NCBI RefSeq assembly: GCF_009914755.1
Contig: NC_060929.1
Source of the DNA: the human T2T-CHM13v2.0 reference genome, Homo sapiens
Direction: 5' to 3' (one strand)
Length of the DNA stretch: 64,000 nt
Shown one piece after another: positions 58,085 to 64,000 of this stretch (position 1 is the first letter of the stretch; the number at the start of each line of letters is the position of its first letter). The notes below the pieces were generated by a model. That model was not told where the DNA came from and did no database searches. It worked only from the letters and a program-made list of their open reading frames with translations. Position numbers and translations under genes: made by a program.

Positions 58085-58345
58085 AGAGATTGGAAGGTGC
58101 AGGAAATGGGGAGATGTTGTCTAAAGGGCACAAACGTTTAGTTATAAAACAAATAAGCTCTGAGGATCTAATGTAGAGCATGGTGAGCATTGTTACTAAT
58201 GGTGTATTGTGTATTTGAAATTTGCTAATAAACCTGAACTGTTCTGTTAAAAAAAGGTATCTATGAGTGCTGTTATACATATATGAAGTCACCTCGCACA
58301 CTTAAAATATATACAATTTTATTTTGAATTATATTTCAATAAATT
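58085..58345 (+). mobile_element. L1MA-type 3'UTR fragment
   Basis: 'aaatggggagatgttgtctaaagggcacaaac..ataagctctgaggatctaatgta..tgtatttgaaatttgctaa'. Confidence 0.8.
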
Positions 58346-60524
58346 CAAGTGAAAAAGAAGGAAAATAATGAGAGACATAGAGACAGAAGAGAAAAAGAAA
58401 ATGTGCAAGAGAGGAATCACTTCCTTTTGGAATAAATGGAATTACCAATCTACAGAGGCGAGGCCAGACCAGCTCTGCACATTGTGCATTAGTGAGGTGC
58501 AATGGGGACCTGAAGGAATGGCAGGAGGTGGGTGAGCATGAAGGGGAGAGCAATACCTCATGCTTCCTTCCCTTTTTCATGAATTACCTGCCCTCTATAA
58601 GCTAGAAGTAGGCTTGTACATGAGATGTATTTCTAAAAATCAGCAATAAGAATAAGCAAAATAGTTCATTTACCCCCAGGGAGCCATGGATTGTACTTCC
58701 AGGTTTGTGTTTCCTGAGGGAAATCTTTTGAGCAAAGAAATGAAAGCATACTGCATTTCTGACCTAAGATGGAAATTATTTCTTTAAATCTTATCCATGA
58801 AAGAAACCTTGAAAACCCAGGCATCTCCTTTCAAATTCTATTAAAACCATGTTGCACCCTTAAGAAGAGGAACAGTTTTCCTACTTTTAAACTACCCCAA
58901 AGAAAGATGCTTCGAGATCTACAGCAGAATAGTTCTTCTAATGTTTTAGAACTTATGCCATGTACATACAATAAAGTATAATAAAATCCTTCCTCTGTAT
59001 AAACAAGTCTCTCAAGGAGCTCACCCTCTTTGCCTTTTCTTCAGTGGAGATAAGCTTTTCATAGACAAATATCAAATCACCAGAAGCCTTCAGCACTTCA
59101 TGCTGAGACTCTTCTCCATTTTTTAACATTTCAATTAAGTACATTTTTTCCAGTCACTTCAATGATTTTTTTAAAAAAACACTCTGTGAATAAATTGCAA
59201 TCATGTAACTTTAGTTATCTATAACACATTGACTCAAATTTGATTCATTTATTTCAAATGTGACCAGGCAATTTGTTTCCGTAATTACCAGATAAAGGAA
59301 AGTAAACATTTCCTTTAGGAATCAATAAATATATTTCTCTTGATTATGCTCTAAAAATAAATGCAAAGATACAATTGCAAATAAAATGCTTAGCTACTCA
59401 TTTTATTAATTTTGCCATTTTGAATTTGGCAAGCCAGTTTTTCAAGGCACTGGTGTGTGTAAAAAAAGGGCTTATTTTTATGTTTTTTAATATAGTAAGT
59501 TTCAACTGATGATTTATTTCATGCAAATAATTAAACACCAAATTACAGTATGTGGTGAGTAGAAATTGCTAATAGAATATGCCTATCAAACCTGGGGAAT
59601 ATTACAGTGTGCATATGGGTTCAGTTCAGTTAACAGAAAAATTGGATTCCAATCATTTACTCTTGATAGCAATTTTACCCTCTGTTTTTAGGTTCACCTG
59701 ACATAACAGTACAAGACAAGCTATATTTGCAAAATAACACCTGGGAGCATGCCTTGCACAAAATTCATTATTTGCTTAACAGTTTTATGCATGTCCTGTA
59801 CATTATTTGAAAAGTCATCAGGTGCACAGTTGACATGTTACTAGGGGATTCTGCTTCTGCATTTTTTCAATGAAAAGTGACACATTTAAAGATCAGAACA
59901 TAGGAAGGTTTCTTTGCAGTAGTATATCAAAGTAGCTAGGTTAAAACTGGAATGACTTTTCCTCCTTCATAAACTCCTGTCTAATATCTGTGAAAGCTGA
60001 AATATTAATTAGCAGCATAATTGTTTGAGGATAGTTTAATTTTTTCACATTAATCCTTCCATTAAATAGATAAAAGTCTTTCCACACCCGCTCTTCAGAC
60101 TATTATGTACTTTCATTAACTTTCTTTCTGGCCAGAAAGAAAGATTGTAGCTATACTAATTACCATTAGGACCTGAAAAGATTACCAGTGCTACATAAAT
60201 AAACATAAATTAGGAAGAAAACAATTTTATGTTCTGATATTATGCATTATAATAACGCCACTTCCCATAAAATACCATTCATATTTTTTGGTAAATTCAG
60301 TCTTTGTTATATTTACTTTGCTTCTATCCTAAATTGTAGAAATAGACATCCACAGCCATCTTCTGAAAATTCACATAATTTGATCGCAAAGGGAATTGAA
60401 ACGAGAGATGTGAGAGATTACAGCAACTTGATAACATGTATCATAGAGATATACACGACTGTCCTCCTTGCAGTGAATTAATGGTGTCAGAATTGTAAAC
60501 ATACAAATCAAGTGACATAATTAT

Positions 60525-60730
60525 GCAGACTAATATTTACGTAGGCACTGTTCTAAGGGGTTTACCCATATTATCACTTTTACTATAAGAACCCCCTGAT
60601 GTAGGTATTATTAATTTCCATTTCACAGATAAAGAGACTGAAACACAGATCTAGTTAAAGGCAGAGCCTAGATTTGATCACACAGGCTGGTTCCAGAGTT
60701 TGGCTGGCTGTGCTTATTACTACCACAATG
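60525..60730 (-). mobile_element. MIR SINE
   Basis: 'taggcactgttctaag..gtaggtattattaatttccatttcacagataaagagactga'. Confidence 0.75.
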
Positions 60731-61121
60731 TTTTAGGCCACTGTGTATAAGGCTCATGCCAAACACCAAATGTGGGTATAGAATGTCAAGTCTAAATAAC
60801 ACTGTGGAAACATTTTTCTAACTAAACTCTCATTGCTGCTGCTCCCAGAATCTATAAATGCTCCAGTTTGGCTCTGAGCCACCTCCAGAAGAAATGAAAT
60901 ATCCCTGTCTTATTGAAGAATGTTCATGGAACTCAAATTCTATAGAACAGTAACATCAAGTTACAGCAACATTTGGCATTCATAAAAATCTCTCCAGCTA
61001 GAAGTCACAGTGCTATTTGGCAGGACATTATGCTTTTATAATTTTATTTGGATTAATCAATTGTTTTAACCATAGTGTTCTGAACTTGGCAAGACACTAA
61101 AACGAGCAATTGGAACGCTGT

Positions 61122-62325
61122 TGTATTAGTTTTCTATAGCTGCTAAAACAAACAAAAAATACTTTTAAAGGCTTAAAACAAAATTTATTTAATAACTTGC
61201 TATTGCTGGGGTGTATTACTCAGGGTTCTCCAGAGGGACACAACTAATAGGATATACGTGTATATATAAAAGGGAATTTATTAAGAAGAATTGGCTTACA
61301 CAGTCACAAGGTAAAGTCCCATGATAAGCCGTCTGCAAGATGAGGGAGAAAGAAGCCAGTAGTGACTCAGTCCAAGTCCAAAAGCCTTCAAAGCAGGGAA
61401 GCTGACAGTGCAGCCTTCAGTCTGTGCCTGAAGGCCTGAGAGCTCCCAGCAAACCACTGATGTAAGTCCAAGAGTCCAAAAGCCAAAGAACCTGGAGTCT
61501 GATGTCCAAGGGCAGGAGGACAGAAGGAATCATCTAGCATGGGAGAAAGATGAAAGCGAGAAGACTCAGCAAGCTGATCCCACCTTCTTTCACCTACTTT
61601 GTTCTAGCCTCGCTGGCAGCCAATTGGATGGTGCGCACCCACATTGAGGGTGAGTCGTCCTCTCCCAGTCCACTGACTCAAATGTCAATCTTCTCTGGCA
61701 ACACCCTCACACCCAGAAACAATACTTTACCAGCTATCTGGGCATCCTTCAATCCAATCAAGTTGACACCTAATATTAGCCATCACACAGGAGTCAGTTG
61801 TCCAGGCATCATCTAGCTGGGTTGTCTGTTAAAGGGTCTTGCTAGCCTAAAATCAAGGTATCAGCCAGGTCTACGTTCTCATCTAGTTTTTACTTGGAGT
61901 TCTCATCCAAATTCATGCATGCTGTTGGCAGAATTCACTACCTTGTGGTTACAGAACTGAAGTCCCTGGTTTCTTCCTGGCTGCTAGCTAGTAGTCACTC
62001 TAATCTCCAACAGTCACCCTCAGGAACTACCCACAAAGCCCTCTCAAACCATGGCAGCTACTTTTTCAAATACACCAGGAGAATTTCTCTTCAGGAGGGA
62101 CCCGGTTTCTCTTTTAAGGGCCCAACTGACTAGGTCAGGTCCATGAAGAAAAATCACCATTTTGATTAACTCAAAGGCAACTCAGTAGGAACCTTAATTA
62201 TATCTGTAAACTACTTTTAACCTGCCCTAATCTATTGGTTAGAAGTTAGTCACAGTTTTCACTTGCACTTAGTGGAAGGGGTATATACAAGGGATTTTGG
62301 CAGAATTCATATACTGTCTATTACA
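61122..62325 (-). mobile_element. MLT1 (E/F-like) LTR interrupted by an MLT2A LTR
   Basis: Starts 'tgtattagttttctatagctgct' and resumes at ~61790 with 'aaaatcaaggtatcagccagg..gttggcagaattca..tttgattaactcaaag'. Confidence 0.8.
61212..61787 (-). mobile_element. MLT2A (HERV-L) solo LTR
   Basis: 'tgtattactcagggttctccagagggaca..gtcccatgataagccgtctgcaag..caatccaatcaagttgacacctaatattagccatcaca'. Confidence 0.92.
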
Positions 62326-62574
62326 ACTAGGGAGTGATGGAAAAGAAATTATAAATTATATAAACTAGTTAATTTAATATAATAAAATAATTGTTTGACC
62401 CTTTATATGTGGGTGTTTCAATTCTCAAGAACTTTCCCTTCTCCCTTAAGACATTTCCTACAGAGAATACCAAATCTGAAGAAAGTATTAGCTCATTCAT
62501 TTTATTTTGGGTCACAAGTTTTTATTTACCCCAACACTTAACTAAAAATCACATAAGGATGCTTACAGAATGAG

Positions 62575-62576
<2 letters not shown>

Positions 62577-62624
<48 letters not shown>
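62577..62624. repeat. (TG)n(AG)n microsatellite
   Basis: Directly visible. Confidence 0.97.
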
Positions 62625-62959
62625 CTTTTTCTTTTTATCACTTTCTTTTCATACTCATGTATTTTAAAGGTGTTGAAAGTTATCACATGAACACGGACCA
62701 TTTCCTGAAGACAAATTCATAACATTTTGATGAACACTTCTTGTAAAACATAAAACTATTACAAAAATCTTTTTAGCATTTCGCTAACTGTATCTTTTGT
62801 TTCATCTTCATAATAAATAGCTCTCTTTTCACTAACCATAATCCTATTAGAAATCTCTTTCTAGCTAACACAATTAACAAAAGGAAAATATAAATTAAAC
62901 ACAAGATTATAAATAAAATATTGAAAACAAATAATTTTAATACAAAAGTTTACTCATTT

Positions 62960-63115
62960 AATTCTTGTAAAATGTTATCCTCAGTGTGAGGAATCTGAAG
63001 CATGGGAAAGCTGAGTAACTTGCCTGAGACCACATATCTAATATGGGAAAAGAACCAGAAATTGAGCCCAGGGGGTCTGGCTCTTGAGTCTATTTGTATA
63101 AACACTATGCCATGC
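62960..63115 (-). mobile_element. MIR SINE
   Basis: 'tgaggaatctgaagc..gagtaacttgcctgagaccaca..ttgagcccagggggtctggctc'. Confidence 0.7.
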
Positions 63116-63744
63116 TAATCTTCCAAGTGTAATAATCAAGAGGTTCTATAACTCTTTAAATTTCTATGAAACTTTTAAAAGGAAAAATAAAACTAGTTGT
63201 TTTGAAATTCTCACATTAATCAAGCATAGCAACACATTTTATCCTCAGTGGATACTGAATAACTAAGTAGACATTTCTATGTCTTCCCAGAATGTTCCAC
63301 AGAACATTGGCTCTGAGGAATACTAAGAAGTTTTATGTGAAAATGTTTGCAGCATCCAATATATTTGGAAATATCTAGCCAAAAATGAAATGGTTTCTTT
63401 TATGTGGAATTTCTTAGAATCCAAAGTGTACCAAAGTACTAAGAAGAGGATATGATTTGCTCCATTTTTCAAAACTATTAAATTACAAAATGTTCCTTTT
63501 TCAAACCTTCTTTCTTGGAGAAATAGCATTTGGCTAAACACATTTTCAAAATGTTCCTTTCAAATGCTGTACACTCTGAAGTCGTTATTTATAAGTGCCT
63601 TGAAAGTATTAGGCCTTGGAGAACAATATATCATTTCAATTTGCAGTTTTTATGCCTGACTCTTCGTCCTATGAAGAAAGAAGAGTTATCATAAGCCTAC
63701 ATATTTACATAATAAATGGAAAATGTTGACTGCCCATGTCTAAT

Positions 63745-64000
63745 ATTTGGTGTGCTTCAGTCAGATATTTTAGTTTCAAGCCACAGAAGCAGATCTGGGT
63801 TGATTTCAGTAGAAAAGGAATGAATGAAAATGATATCGGTAGCTCATAGAACCACAGGAGAACTGGAGATCTAGGCAGAGGCAATTTAAGAGGATGCTTA
63901 AAATGATGTCATAGGACTGCTGCCACCCAGCCACTTCCAATATGCTTGCATTGTTACAAGCAGTATTGCTGCCGCCTTGCAGCGGGTGCTACAAATGTCA
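63745..64000. mobile_element. Old MLT1 (K/L-like) LTR fragment
   Basis: 'cagtcagatattttagtttcaagccacagaagcagatctgggttgatttcagtagaaaagg' resembles an old MLT1 terminus. Confidence 0.5.

Noticed and set aside
59025-59183. Possible 159-nt minus-strand exon (cacAG ... AGG|GTGAGC) overlapping the 63-aa ORF
   Set aside because: There is an in-frame stop just before the ATG, the pyrimidine tract is weak, and I do not recognise the peptide.

Overview
AT-rich primate genomic DNA, most likely human or great ape given an AluY and an L1PA2/3-type element. It is intergenic or deep intronic, and I find no recognisable host protein-coding exon. The only real protein-coding sequence is LINE-1 ORF2 remnants. 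The window is a mosaic of L1s, including a clean twin-primed 5'-inverted L1PA2/3 with a 24-bp TSD at 54723-57755. It also holds Alus, MaLR/ERVL LTRs, DNA-transposon fossils (Tigger2a, MER8, MER20, MER5, MER3, MADE1), MIR/L2 fragments and microsatellites. The most notable signal, which the repeat annotation does not explain, is a set of local template-switch or templated-insertion scars. Two independent (TA)n tracts (about 4.2-4.5 kb and 40.3-42.7 kb) each contain an inverted copy of unique DNA from 1-4 kb away, and the donor spans are almost identical in length (247 and 249 bp). The larger tract also holds shorter copies of both its flanks and a flank-derived 14-mer amplified in both orientations. 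An old L1 carries an equal-length fold-back replacement at 12793-13022. All alignments, identities and repeat-family calls were made by eye and need computational confirmation.
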